Below are positions 35,798-48,071 of a DNA stretch of 64,000 bases, piece after piece (within the stretch, counting starts at the first letter, position 1; each line of letters starts with the position of its first letter). The DNA comes from Macrostomum lignano. Lineage: Eukaryota. The position numbers and the translations under genes were made by a program. The stretch lies in NCBI GenBank assembly GCA_002269645.1, contig NIVC01002744.1, positions 43,393 through 107,392 of the forward strand. The letters run 5' to 3'. The notes under the pieces are model-generated. The model saw only the letters and a list, made by a program, of their open reading frames with translations. It ran no database searches and was not told the DNA's origin.

Positions 35798-36123
35798 CCA
35801 CTTCAAATAACTTGCCTCCTCGCCTGCTGGCTTCTGACGCACCGAGTCCTCTTTGACGATGACCTGCTGCCAGCGCTGCAGCGCCCGCCCGTGACGCACA
35901 AAGCGCCCACTTACTACTTGGCGTCTGGTGAGAGGACTGGCGGCCCAGCGGCACTCCGCAAGTCTCCGTGCTCATGACAGGGCAGCCGCTCAATTTTCGC
36001 ACCGACCCGAGGGGGGCCAACGCGAGCCTGCAGTCAGTCCGACTGCTCTTCAAGTGTTCGTCCACGGACTCCAAGATCAACGAGGCTCTGCTGGATGCCG
36101 GTTTACAGAACGAATGTCGTTAG
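35798..36123 (+). other. Candidate coding exons 35798-35927 and 35981-36123 of an unidentified gene or fragment
   Basis: TCTG|GTGAG donor, 53-nt intron and GACAG| acceptor give in-frame ...KAPTYYLASGQPLNFRTDPRG...LQNECR-stop with GC-rich third positions. No start or upstream acceptor was found. Confidence 0.3.
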
Positions 36124-36337
36124 AAAGATGCTAGATGTTCTGCATGCACCTCCGAATGAACTATTAAATTATTAAAATCCCACAAACCATACGCACATAA
36201 ATGTATATGCATTTGCATGCTTTTTGATGATACAGATCAGCCATCAAGTCAAGTCATCCCCCTTCAAGTCATCCCCAGACTAATAATTATCAGGAACTCA
36301 GGTGCGATTCTAAGATTTGAAAATTTGCGTCCTCATT

Positions 36338-36997
36338 CCAAGGACAACTTAAGTAGAAGGACGCAACACTCGAAATCTATGGTAAATGTTTTGAAGGCAA
36401 CTTTTCGCCGGAAAATACACTACAGAGATAGGAAATTTCACGATTTTCAACACTGAAACAGTGATTGGGTCTCTTAACAGTGTCAGAGAAAGTTCTAATC
36501 ACACTTTTTTGCCTCACATGTTGCTAAAATACGCATTAATCGATTTTTCTTGTTAAATAGTCTTGTCATTATTTTAAACGTTTTTTTTAAGTGACAGACC
36601 AATTTAACATGAAAAATCGATTAATGCGTCGTTAGAGCAGCATGTAAGGCACAAAATAGTGTGATTAGAACTTTTTCTGACACTGTTAAGAGACCCAATC
36701 ACTGTTTTAGTGTTGAAAATCGTGAAATTTCCTATATCCGTAGTGTATTTTTCCAGTGAAACCTGCCTTTAAAACTATTTCTGAACGAAAAGCTTTATGA
36801 ATATCGATGGAGCGATAAGAAAGGCACAGCATATCAAAAGATGAAGACTGGATCTGCCTCCTATCAAGAACAACAACAATTTTTGTGTTGAAAAATTAGA
36901 ACCTCCTATCTCTGTAGTATTTTCCGGCGAAAAGTTGCCTTCAAAACATTTACCACAGATTTCGAGTGTTGCGTCCTTCTACTTAAGTTGTCCTTGG
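36338..36997. mobile_element. Foldback/MITE-like element (660 bp) with long terminal inverted repeats and an internal palindrome
   Basis: 36338-36430 (CCAAGGACAACTTAAGTAGAAGG...) is the reverse complement of ~36905-36997. ~36395-36570 is inverted at ~36590-36775. No ORF and no clear TSD. Confidence 0.75.
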
Positions 36998-38124
36998 TCA
37001 CTGCATGGACAGCCCTTGTGCTCCAGCTTCTTCTCCGCATCAAAGATCAGAGATCAGCCTGGGGGAGTTGGGAAGGGAGGGTTGACAAGGGAGGACTAGG
37101 GAACGGTAAAGTAGGGAAGGGAGGAGTAGGGAAGGAAGGAGTAGGGAAGGAAAAGTTGGGAAGGGTAGAATAAAGAAGGGAAGAGTAGGGAAGGGTAGAG
37201 TAGAGTAGAGGGTAGAGTAGGGAGGGTAGAGTAGGGAAGTCTGCATTTGCTTTTGAGACAGAGTCTGTAGTCCTTTAATCCCAATTCATCAACCCCGCAG
37301 AAACAACCTCCTGAAGCATCAGTCTATGCCTCATCGGTGTCAGCAGCCAGCAGCATCATCCTCGGGCCTCGGGCGGTGTTGTAACAACAAAATTGTAACA
37401 ACGTTGGTGTCAACAAAAGATAAAGAGAGCAAAGGCGATGGTTCTGAGCTTTTCGGAAGAAAAGAAAAGAAAACTTAAGGAGTTGAGTATTTGGTCTACG
37501 TTTATTTATAGTGATGTCCCTCATGCTACTCTCAGTAGTCTCGCATGCTCTACATGTACGAGTATATTACTGAACGTTGTCCTGTCGTCGGAAATAACTT
37601 GCGAACGCAGCTCGCTCTCAATGTGGTGTACGCGGCATGGACAACTGCTGTAGGAAGCTGCACTCAGTGTCTAAAGAAATGATCAGCTGAATGCCGGCAA
37701 GAAAGGCATATCTGGAGTATATTGACAGCGCATTTAGCATGCTCTGGAGAAGTCGCGGGCTCATATTTTGACTGCAGATGACTCAAGTTCACACTTCTAT
37801 TAACAAATCATCTCTTGCTTAAATAATGAAGACACTTCATTTGGCTGTGAAGGGCCTGCATGTATTGTTTTTCGGATTTCCAATATCCAACGGAAAGCTT
37901 ACAGCAATCGTCTATTGTGCAAAAATCAATGAACAAAACACAACTACTAAACTGCAACAACTCATGCTCAATATCTGTTTGAGCAGCGCACACGAATGGC
38001 AAAGTAGTCGGAGAAGTTTCATAAAAAGCAGACAGATGACAAAATATAAATTAAAAGAAATGCCTTTCGTTCACTTTTCTGCTTGAAGCTTAACAAAAGC
38101 GATTGGCAAAGGCGGATCGACAGC

Positions 38125-38941
<817 letters not shown>

Positions 38942-39001
38942 GCCAGCAGCTCATCAGCAAGGTGCCAGCCGCACAGCCACAGGCAGGTGATCAGACGGGA
39001 A

Positions 39002-42000
39002 TCAGCAGGGTGCCAGCCGCACAGCCACAGGCAGGTGATCAGACGGGAATCGCTCATTCGGCAAGTTCTTCACCAGCTCAGGCGGCGGCAGCAGCAGCGC
39101 AGCGGCCGGCTGCAGGCCGTGGCCGCCCAGCCAGACGTAGTCAAGGCAGCCGAAGGACTCGCCGTCGATATCAACGCAGTGGCTGGTGCTGGGCGGCTCC
39201 CCGCCGGTGACGGTCGCGTAGACGCTGAGCAGCGGCTGGCTGAGCTGGCCGGAGCAGCCGGCGGCAGCGGCAGCGGCGAACTGCTTGACGCATTCGGGCG
39301 ACTCGTCGGCCTCGTCCGCGTCGCCCACTTCGGCACGGCGGCCGCTCAGCATGGCGTAGGGCGAGTCCAACGGGCGCGAGTTGAAGTCGCCCAGCAGCAG
39401 TACGGGGCCGGGCCGGCCGCAGAGACCGGCGTGACTAGTTGCCATGGCAACCGCGGCCCGCCACACGGCGAGCAGCTGCAGCCGTTTGACGGCCGGCTTA
39501 GAGAAGTTCTCCCAGCGGGCGTGCAGGTTGGCTGCCACCAGCACCGGGGAGTCGCCGGGCTGCCTGAAGGCCGTCAGCTGGGCGGAGTAGCCGCCTGGAA
39601 TTTAGAGGAAGTCTCAGAGGGAATTAAAGGCCGATTCTCAGAGGGAATTAGAGACCATTTCTCAATTCTTACCTGCGCTGAGCTCGGGCAGCGCGTCAGC
39701 CCTGAACCCCGGCAAGTCGGCGGCCAGCACGTGCAGCAAGGCGGTCCGGGACTCGAGCACGGTGAGCCGCTCAGGCCGGTAGATTGTGAGCAGCGCCACG
39801 GATGACTCAATGGGCGAGCTCACGCATCGGTAGCCCATCGCCTTCAAGCGGTCCCAGGTGTCGGTGGCCTCCATGGCCTCATAGTTCACCTCCTGGGATT
39901 CGAGAGGTTTGAGGCAACTTGTAACATACAAAGTTTAGTTAAACTCGACAATTCTTCATCGAATTAGAAGTTCATTTGCTATATCGAGGGGCGACCCAGC
40001 AACTCGGCTCTCGGGCCATAAAGGTCTCAGGTTCGATTCCACAATAAAGAGTGACTTCCTGAATGGGCCTAGGCCTAGACCCTGTCCCAGCTGATTCACA
40101 CCTAAAGAGCCAGTGTGAGCCTCTGGCTGCGTCTGAAAGTGAGATTCGGATTACTTCTAATTCGTTATTCGGTGTCAACTATGGCCCTTACCGCTGAGCC
40201 AGGACCTCACCTGAGGATGCCAATGTTCGAAATTCTGTAAGAAATTTGCTTCACATTATCTTCTTGACACAGTGTGCATGCCTGACTACCTGGTCATAAA
40301 TGTATGTACATTCCACGAGTATCCTCTGTCTTGTGTGTTTATCTAATGTACATTTCTATACATTAGACAGAGGCGGAAACCAATGTGAGCAGGAATTAAC
40401 TTTGGCACCTGGAAGCCGACCAGGTCCGCCTGGAACTCGGCCAGCTCGGCCACGATTCGTCGCCAACGAAATGCCGAAGTTTTGAGCTCGGGTGAGCAGT
40501 ACTCGTAGCCAGCAAGGTGGACGAACTTTTCATTGAGGATGTTGTAGGTGCTCACTGTCAGGAGACCCGGCCCTCCCGCTGCTCCAGGGCCTGCCCACTC
40601 TCGGCGATAGGGGCTCCAGGAGTCCGCCTGCGGATTGGTACCGGGGCTGATGAGGCTGCCCAGCAACTGGGGATCTGGGAGGCTGATCCAGCAACTGACA
40701 CTCTGGGAGGCTGGCCCAGCAACTGACACTCTGGGAGGCTGGCCCAGCAACTGACACTCTGGGAGGCTGGCCCAGCAACTGACACTCTGGGAGGCTGGCC
40801 CAGCAACTGACACTCTGGGAGGCTGGCCCAGCAACTGACACTCTGGGAGGCTGGCCCAGCAACTGACACTCTGGGAGGCTGGCCCAGCAACTGACACTCT
40901 GGGAGGCTGGCTCAGCAACTGAGGATCTGGGAGGCTGGCCCAGCATTTGACACTCTGGGAAGCTGGCCCAGCAACTGAGGATCTGGGAGGCTGGTCCAGC
41001 AACTGAGGATCTGGGAGGCTGGTCCAGCAACTGAGGATCTGGGAGGCTGGTCCAGCAACTGAGGATCTGGGAGGCTGGCCCAGCAACTGAGGATCTGGGA
41101 GGCTGGTCCAGCAACTGAGGATCTGGGAGGCTGGCTCAGCAACTGAGGATCTGGGAGGGTGGCCCAGTCCGAGGACCTGAATATTAGGCTCTGGGATTGA
41201 TGAAGACTTAAATTAACGAAGACGATTTTTAAGACCGATACATTAACTTCAGAACTTAAGAGTTCTATGTTAAGTGGTTTATCTATATATTTATGTACAC
41301 AGCTATTGCAGTCTTAGTGAAGCTACTATCACCAATAATTGCAGCCAACGCAGGCCAGAGAAAAAGGCAACGGGAAACAAGCAAAACTTACACTTGGCAC
41401 AGAAACAAAGAGCAAAAACACAGACGCTGACTCAAAGAGATCAGAGATAAGCACGGGAGAGCTTCAGTCCAGTGGATAGATCCGCTTCAGCCAGGGCCTG
41501 GGCAGGTACTGGGCTCCGTCAAAGTCGGCAAAATAGTCCGCCAGATGGGAGTTCACCAGCTTGGATGGCAGCCGGTCGAACGCCAGGCTCGCCTGAGGCA
41601 GGTAGGCAACTCGCCCAGGTGCGCCATCCCGGTCATCCAGCAGCACCAGGTACCAGGGGTCCGGTGCGGCCTCAGCGGAGCTCGAACTCCCCACCTTGCC
41701 GGAAGTTGGAGAAGCCGCGGGGTCGCGGGACTGCGGCCTGGTGCGGCGCACGAAGGACTCTGGAGCTGCAGCCTCCGCGTCCCAGCCGATGACGACGCAG
41801 CGGTAGCCGAAGCGGGAGTGGCTGACAATCTGACATTAGGGAGTGGGGTCCTGACAGTCTGACATTGGGGGGATCTGACAGTCTGACATTGGGGAGTGGG
41901 GTCCTGACAGTCTGACATTGGGGAGTGGGGAGCTGACGGACTGACATTGGGGAGTGGGGACCTGACAGTCTGACATTGGGGAGTGGGGAGCTGACGGACT

Positions 42001-45000
42001 GACATTGGGGAGTGGGGACCTGACAATCTGACACTGGGGAGTGCGGTCCTGACAGTCTGACATTGGGGAGTGAGGACCTGACAGTCTGACATTGGGGAGT
42101 GGGGAGCTGACGGACTGACAGTGGGGAGTGGGGACCTGACAATCTGACACTGGGGAGTGGGGACCTGACAGTCTGACATTGGGGAGTGGGGTCCTGACAG
42201 TCTGACATTGGAGAGTGCGGACCTGACAGTCTGACATTGGAGAGTGGGGTCCTGACAGTCTGACATTGGGGAGTGGGGTCCTGACAGTCTGACATTGGAC
42301 AGTGCGGACCTGACAGTCTGACATTGGGGAGTTGGGACCTGACAGTCTGACATTGGAGAGTGGGGACCTGACAGTCTGACATGCGGTGGATGGGGAGCTG
42401 ACAGTCTGACATTGGGGAGTGGGGTCCTGACAGTCTGACATTGGGGAGTGGGGACCTGACTGTCTGACATTGGGGAGTGGGGGACCTGACAATCTGACAC
42501 TGGGGAGTGGGGACCTGACAGTCTGACATTGGGGAGTGGGGACTTGACAGTCTGACACTGGGGAGTGGGGACCTGACAGTCTGACACTGGGGAGTGGGGA
42601 CCTGACAGTCTGACATAGGGTGAATGGGGAGCTGACAGTCTGACATTGGGTGGATGGGGAGCTGACAATCTGACACTGGGGAGTGTGGACCTGACAGTCT
42701 GACATAGGGTGAATGGGGACCTGACAGTCTGACATGGGGTGAATGGGGAGCTGACAGTCTGACATTGGGGAGTGGGGACCTGACAGTCTGACATTGGGTG
42801 GATGGGGAGCTGACACTCTGACATGGGGTGGATGGGGAGCTGACACTCTGGCATGGGGTGGATGGGGAGCTGACAGTCTGACATTGGGTGGATGGGGAGC
42901 TGACACTCTGACATGGGGTGGATGGGGAGCTGACACTCTGACATGGGGTGGATGGGGAGCTGACAGTCTGACATTGGGTGGATGGGGAGCTGACACTCTG
43001 ACATGGGGTGGATGGGGAGCTGACAGTCTGACATTGGGTGGATGGGGAGCTGACAGTCTGACATTGGGTGGATGGGGAGCTGACACTCTGACATGGGGTG
43101 GATGTGTCCATTGAATCGACATATAATCAGACAAAGTGTCAAACAATGGACTCAAGCAATATTTTGGCCACAAACCTGGCCGACTCTGTACGAGAGACCA
43201 GCGGGCCGCCTCTGCCTCGGCCGCAGGGAGCCGGCGTACCAGCCGCGGCCCGCAGGGTCCAGCGCCTTCGCCACCTCCTCGGCGGGGCTCTCGCCTTCGG
43301 ACAGGGCTGCTTCGACTGCGCCGCCGTCGCCACCAAGGCCGGTGAAGCTGAGCAGCCAGCTCCAGTCGAATTTCGGCCAGCTGGCCGGGCCTGACAGAAA
43401 GCTGGACATGGTGTCCATCAACCGCTGGATGGCGTCCCGACGCTCCTGATCGCTTGACGGTGCCATGAAGCGCGACAGCAGCAGCTGCGCGGGCACCGCG
43501 ACCAGCAGGGTCAACAGCAGCAGACGGGTCTGCAGATCCCACATTGGGAAAAATTCGGAGAGACTGCTGGCTGGCTTCCTTTGGATTGGCTGGCTGGACT
43601 AGTAGCTAATATGGTAGCTCGATGCTGATTGGCCGGCTGGTTAGGAGCTGCTAGCTGAATGCTGGTTGGCTGGCACCAGAGCTGCTAGCTGAATGCCGAT
43701 TGGCTGGTTGGTTAGCAGCTGCTAGCTCGATGCTGATTGGCTGGCTGGTTAGGAGCTGCTAGCTGAATGCCGATTGGCTGGTTGGTTAGCAGCTGCTAGC
43801 TCGATGCTGATTGGCTGGCTGGTTAGGAGCTGCTAGCTGAATGCCGATTGGATGGTTGATCAAAGTGACACACATGAAAGGCAATGAGCAGTACTCAATA
43901 CAAAAATCTAGTTTAAGGCAATACGAGCGTGCTACCGTAGGGCAGTTGAAAACTACTAACTTATGTGAAAACCAGCAGTTCAATTACAGGCGCAGATGAA
44001 AATTTAATTAAATAGCAAAGCCAGGAATGCTGTCAAATACCAGGATTGGCTGCCCTACCCGACTGTCAGCCAAGATCAAATTATATTTATGCGCGATTCG
44101 CAGTACCATAAATACGGATATTTATAATAATTAGATTATAGCACAGGCAAAACAGGAAAAACCCAAAATAAACAAGACAAATTAAAAATATATATGCTAT
44201 CGATAATTTCAGAGTTAAGGACAATTTCAAAACACAGCTGGTCAGGCAATCTGCAAGCAGACAAAACAAAGTCAAGCAATTTTTTTAATTCAATTAAACT
44301 GAGATAAAGGCGAAAGGAGCGCACATCTTAGACTTTGATTGTTTTGTGTGTAGGCAGTGGCAGTGCCTGATCTGCATGATCTGGGAGGGTGGCAGCCCAG
44401 CAACTGACACTCTGAGAGGCTGGCTCAGCAACTGACGTTCTGGGAGGCTGGCTCAGCAATTGAGGATCTGGGAGGCTGGCTCAGCAACTGAGGATCTGGG
44501 AGGCTGGCTCAGCAACTGAGGATCTGGGAGGCTGGCTCAGCAACTGAGGATCTGGGAGGCTGGCCCAGCAACTGAGGATCTGGGAGGCTGGTCCAGCAAC
44601 TGAGGATCTGGGAGGCTGGCCCAGCAACTGAGAATCTGGGAGGCTGGCCCAGCAACTGAGGATCTGGGAGGCTGGCCCAGCAACTGAGGATCTGGGAGGC
44701 TGGTCCAGCAACTGAGGATCTGGGAGGCTGGCTCAGCAACTGACACTATGGGAGGCTGGCCCAGCAACTGACACTCTGGGAGGCTGGCCCAGCAACTGAC
44801 ACTCTGGGAGGCTGGCCCAGCAACTGACACTCTGGGAGGCTGGCCCAGCAACTGACACTCTGGGAGGCTGGCCCAGCAACTGACACTCTGGGAGGCTGGC
44901 CCAGCAACTGACACTCTGGGAGGCTGGCCCAGCAACTGACACTCTGGGAGGCTGGCGGCCTGGCAAGGCGGCAGGCACAGAAGCAGACTGCGGGGTCGCA

Positions 45001-45001
45001 T
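39002..45001 (-). CDS. EEP-superfamily CCR4/Angel/PDE12/nocturnin-like phosphodiesterase. Firm exons ~40666-40409, 39892-39673, 39594-39002; probable first exon 45001-~44945
   Basis: Motifs TYNIL, DLVGFQ|[23 protein letters not shown]. Joins at 40409/39892 and 39673/39594 are in frame. [18 protein letters not shown] at 45001 continues in frame into (L)ISPGTNPQ if the intervening block is removed; this first exon is less certain. Confidence 0.85.
39985..40200 (+). mobile_element. Possible tRNA-derived SINE fragment in an EEP intron
   Basis: B-box GGTTCGATTCC at 40030-40040 in a tRNA-like context. Boundaries are uncertain. Confidence 0.3.
40665..41165. repeat. 28-bp minisatellite CAGCAACTGACACTCTGGGAGGCTGGCC, left arm
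   Basis: Same family as 44378-44955. Confidence 0.95.
41464..43544 (-). CDS. 244-aa protein with an N-terminal hydrophobic anchor and a C-terminal YccV/HspQ (hemimethylated-DNA-binding-like, FBXO21 C-terminal-like) domain. Exons 43544-43176, 41829-41464
   Basis: Phase-0 join gives YRVGQ|[17 protein letters not shown], followed by PWYLVLLD and [27 protein letters not shown], matching the YccV-like pattern of the FBXO21 C-terminus. The N-terminus is [18 protein letters not shown] and no F-box is seen. Confidence 0.88.
41826..43105. repeat. ~29-bp minisatellite TCTGACATTGGGGAGTGGGGACCTGACAG filling the YccV-gene intron
   Basis: Tandem units; explains the 480-570-aa spurious ORFs. Confidence 0.96.
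43590..43858. repeat. Degenerate ~36-bp repeat upstream of the YccV gene
   Basis: Recurring GCTGCTAGCT...GATTGGCTGG units. Confidence 0.8.
44378..44955. repeat. 28-bp minisatellite, right arm
   Basis: Same family as 40665-41165. Confidence 0.95.
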
Positions 45002-45394
45002 AAGAGTTCAGCAAGGATAATAGTTCTACGACAGACTATTATAGCAAAAGGCAAAAGCGCCGTAAAAGAGGACAGTAATTATTATTATTGCCATAGACGG
45101 ATACAGCGGCAATTGAGCAGACGAAGTGAAAACGCAGAGCAGCAAACATAGCAGAGACGGCCTACGGCATGAATAGCTTTATACCTAGCAAGAGCAAGGC
45201 ACTCTGAGAAACGCCACCTTAACAATTACAATATCAATTTTAAGAGTATCATAAATTAAAATAGCTGGAAAATGTAAAAAAAACTAGCATTGCAGGCAAG
45301 GGTTTGATAAGAAATTTAATGTGTGAGAACGGTGTGCAGAGCACTGAGAGAGAAAGCTAGCAGACTGGCTTAGGTTTGGGTGACGGGCGTGTCA

Positions 45395-45995
45395 GACATG
45401 GCGCCACTAGCGCCCCACTGACCCGTGCAATAAGAGCCGTGCAGGATGTCAGACATGGCGCCACAACCCCCCCCCCCTGACCCGCTAGCTGTAAGAGCCG
45501 TGCAGGATGTCAGACATGGCGCCACAACCCCCCCTGACCCGCTAGCTGTAAGAGCCGTGCAGGATGTCAGACATGGCGCCACAACCCCCCCCCCTGACCC
45601 GCTAGCTGTAAGAGCCGTGCAGGATGTCAGACATGGCGCCACAACCCCCCCCTGACCCGCTAGCTGTAAGAGCCATGCAGGATGTCAGACATGGCGCCAC
45701 AAGCTCCCTCTGACCCGCTAGCTGTAAGAGCCGTCCAGGATGTCAGACATGGCGCCACAAGCCCCCTCTGACCCGCTAGCTGTAAGAGCCATGCAGGATG
45801 TCAGACATGGCGCCACAAGCCCCCCCCCCTGACCCGCTAACTGTAAGAGCCGTGCAGGATGCCAGACATGGCGCCACAAGCCCCCTCTGACCCGCTAGCT
45901 GTAAGAGCCATGCAGGATGTCAGACATGGCGCAACAAGCCCCCCCCCCTGACCCGCTAGCTGTAAGAGCCGTGCAGGATGTCAAACATGGCGCCG
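45395..45995. repeat. ~59-bp tandem repeat made of the last codons and stop of the NTPDase
   Basis: Each unit encodes GAMSDILHGSYS-stop on the minus strand; about 10 units. Confidence 0.95.
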
Positions 45996-48071
45996 AGCGC
46001 CCAGCTCAGCTCAATATCCTTATAGCGATTGCGCAGCACCAGGGTGTCGCCGGACTCAAACCCCAGACCGTCGGACCCTAGCAGCGCGGCAATGTAGGCC
46101 AGGTCCAGGCACAGGTAGGGCCGCGCCCGCTCGAAGGCGGCCAGTCTGCAGTGGCGCTTGGCGACAGCCTCGAAGTCCAGGAGGCGCGCGGCGCCGCCCA
46201 GCTTGGCGCTGATGAGACCGGCGTCGGCGGCGCGGTCGTAGAAATAGCCGAATGCAAAGAAGCGCCGACGGCGAAGGCCACGCGGCGCGTGCACCCCAAA
46301 AGCGCGGAGGAAGCGCGCGGCGGCGGAGCGGCAGGCGGCGTAGCCGTAGCCGTAGGCGACGCCGGACACGGTGTGGACGGCGCCGTGGTGGCGCCAGCGG
46401 CCGGAGTAGCCGGGCGGCAGGCAGGGCGAGGCCAGGCAGGCGGGCAGGCGGGCCTCGAAGTCGCCGCCGAGGATGCGCAGGCGGGCCGCCATCAGGCCGA
46501 CGCCCAGGTAACTGTGGGAGTAGAGCCACACCGAGGCTGGGCCGAGGGACAGCTGCTTCAGGTGGCCTGCGGGGTCAGACAGGATGTCAATTCGTTTACT
46601 GCGACCCATGCTGTGCGGGATCAGCAACCCATGCTGTATGGGATCGGCAACCCATGCTGTGTGGGATCAGCAACTCATGCTGTGTGGGATCGGCAACCCA
46701 TGCTGTGTGGGATCGGCAACCCATGCTGTGTGGGATCGGCAACCCATGCTGCGTGGGATCGGCAACCCACGAGCAACCCAAAGGATCGGCAGCCCACAAG
46801 ATCGGCAACCCCAGCTGCTCACCCTCCGGCGCGCCCTCATGGTCGGGATCGTCGGGGGCGAAGGTGATCTGTGCAGAACCGCCGCCCAAGTCCAGGGCGC
46901 CGAAGCTGTCCGAGCTTTCCGGGATGGTTGCGCCGGCGCCGGTCGCGGGCTGCAGCTGGCCGGCCGCCAGAAAGTTCACCGTCAGCCAGCTGAAGACGCC
47001 TTCGTCCAGGCCGTCGAGAACTTCAACGGCGCCGACTGGAAAGGGCTGGCCGGCCAGCAGGCTGCGAACTTCTCTGAGCAGCCCGTTGGATTCGTTCAAG
47101 CTGAGCAGGCGGAGGCCGGCAGTTGCCATGACAACCAGCGGGGTGCGAGACCAGAGGCTTTGCGGTATGCGGGACTTGCACAGCTCCATCAGGGACAGCA
47201 GGCTGCGGGCGCCTTTGGCGGGCTCGGCTGAGTAGGCAGAGAGGCCCGGCTTTACCTTGGGTGTTCGGTGTGGGGAATGTGGTGTGGTAAATTTAGTGTG
47301 TGGAATTTCCGAATTTGGTGAGGATGCGCAGTGCAATGTGGAGAATACAGTCTGGGGAACGCAGTGTGGGGAATCTAGTATTGTGTGGGCTAATGCAGTG
47401 TGGGAATGGAGTTTGAGATATGCAGTGTGGTAAATGCAGTGTGGGAATGGAGTTTGAGATACGCATTGTGGTAAATGCAGTGTGGGAATGGAGTTTGAGA
47501 TCCGCAGTGTGGTAAATGCAATGTGGAAATGGAGTTTGAGATACGCAGTGTGGTAAATGCAGTGTGGGAATGGAGTTTGAGATACGCAGTGTGGTAAATG
47601 CAGTGTGGGAATGGAGTTTGAGATACGCAGTGTGGTAAATGCAGTGTGGGAATGGAGTTTGAGATACGCAGTGTGGTAAATGCAGTGTGGGAATGGAGTT
47701 TGAGATACGCAGTGTGGTAAATGCAGTGTGGGAATGGAGTTTGAGATACGCAGTGTGGTAAATGCAGTGTGGGAATGCAACCAGGGCAGGCAGAAGCTCA
47801 CCTGCAGATAAGACTCCCCAGCCAGCAGGTAGGGCGGCCGGCCCCGCTCTCTGCCCAGGCGGTAGGCGAAGTGGAAGACGTGCACCCGCGAGCCGGTGCT
47901 GCCGGCGTCGATCACCACGCCGTAGCGGGACTCGCCGTCTGGCGGCCCCAAGTCGGGCTGGAAGGCAAACAGGTGCACCGAGCGGCTGCCCAGGCGGCTG
48001 CTGGCCGCTGACAGGGGCGGCTGCGCCTGCAGCAGCAGCAGCGGCAGCAGCAGCGGCCACTGTAGAGACAT
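45956..48071 (-). CDS. ENTPD5: ENTPD5/6-like ectonucleoside triphosphate diphosphohydrolase (GDA1/CD39 family), 437 aa. Exons 48071-47802, 47255-46823, 46566-45956
   Basis: Apyrase conserved regions IDAGSTGSRVHVF, KPGLSAY, VMATAGLRLL, DEGVFSWLTVNF, GALDLGGGSAQITF, LYSHSYLG, CLDLAYI, ELSWALGA. N-terminal signal peptide. In-frame join of 1314 nt. ENTPD5 versus ENTPD6 is not resolved. Confidence 0.93.
46605..46815. repeat. 23-bp minisatellite in NTPDase intron 2
   Basis: TGCTGTGTGGGATCGGCAACCCA units. Confidence 0.9.
47385..47778. repeat. 41-bp minisatellite in NTPDase intron 1
   Basis: AAATGCAGTGTGGGAATGGAGTTTGAGATACGCAGTGTGGT units. Confidence 0.93.

Noticed and set aside
37300-37700. Short ORFs on both strands
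   Set aside because: No recognisable motif, no consistent splice chain, and no coding-like GC3 bias.
40208-40231. Possible 24-nt exon (NFEHWHPQ) with AG/GT ends in the EEP intron
   Set aside because: Inclusion would split the conserved Q-E of the FQEV metal-binding motif; there is no other support.
41553-43542. 480-570-aa ORFs
   Set aside because: YccV exons read through a stop-free intronic repeat.
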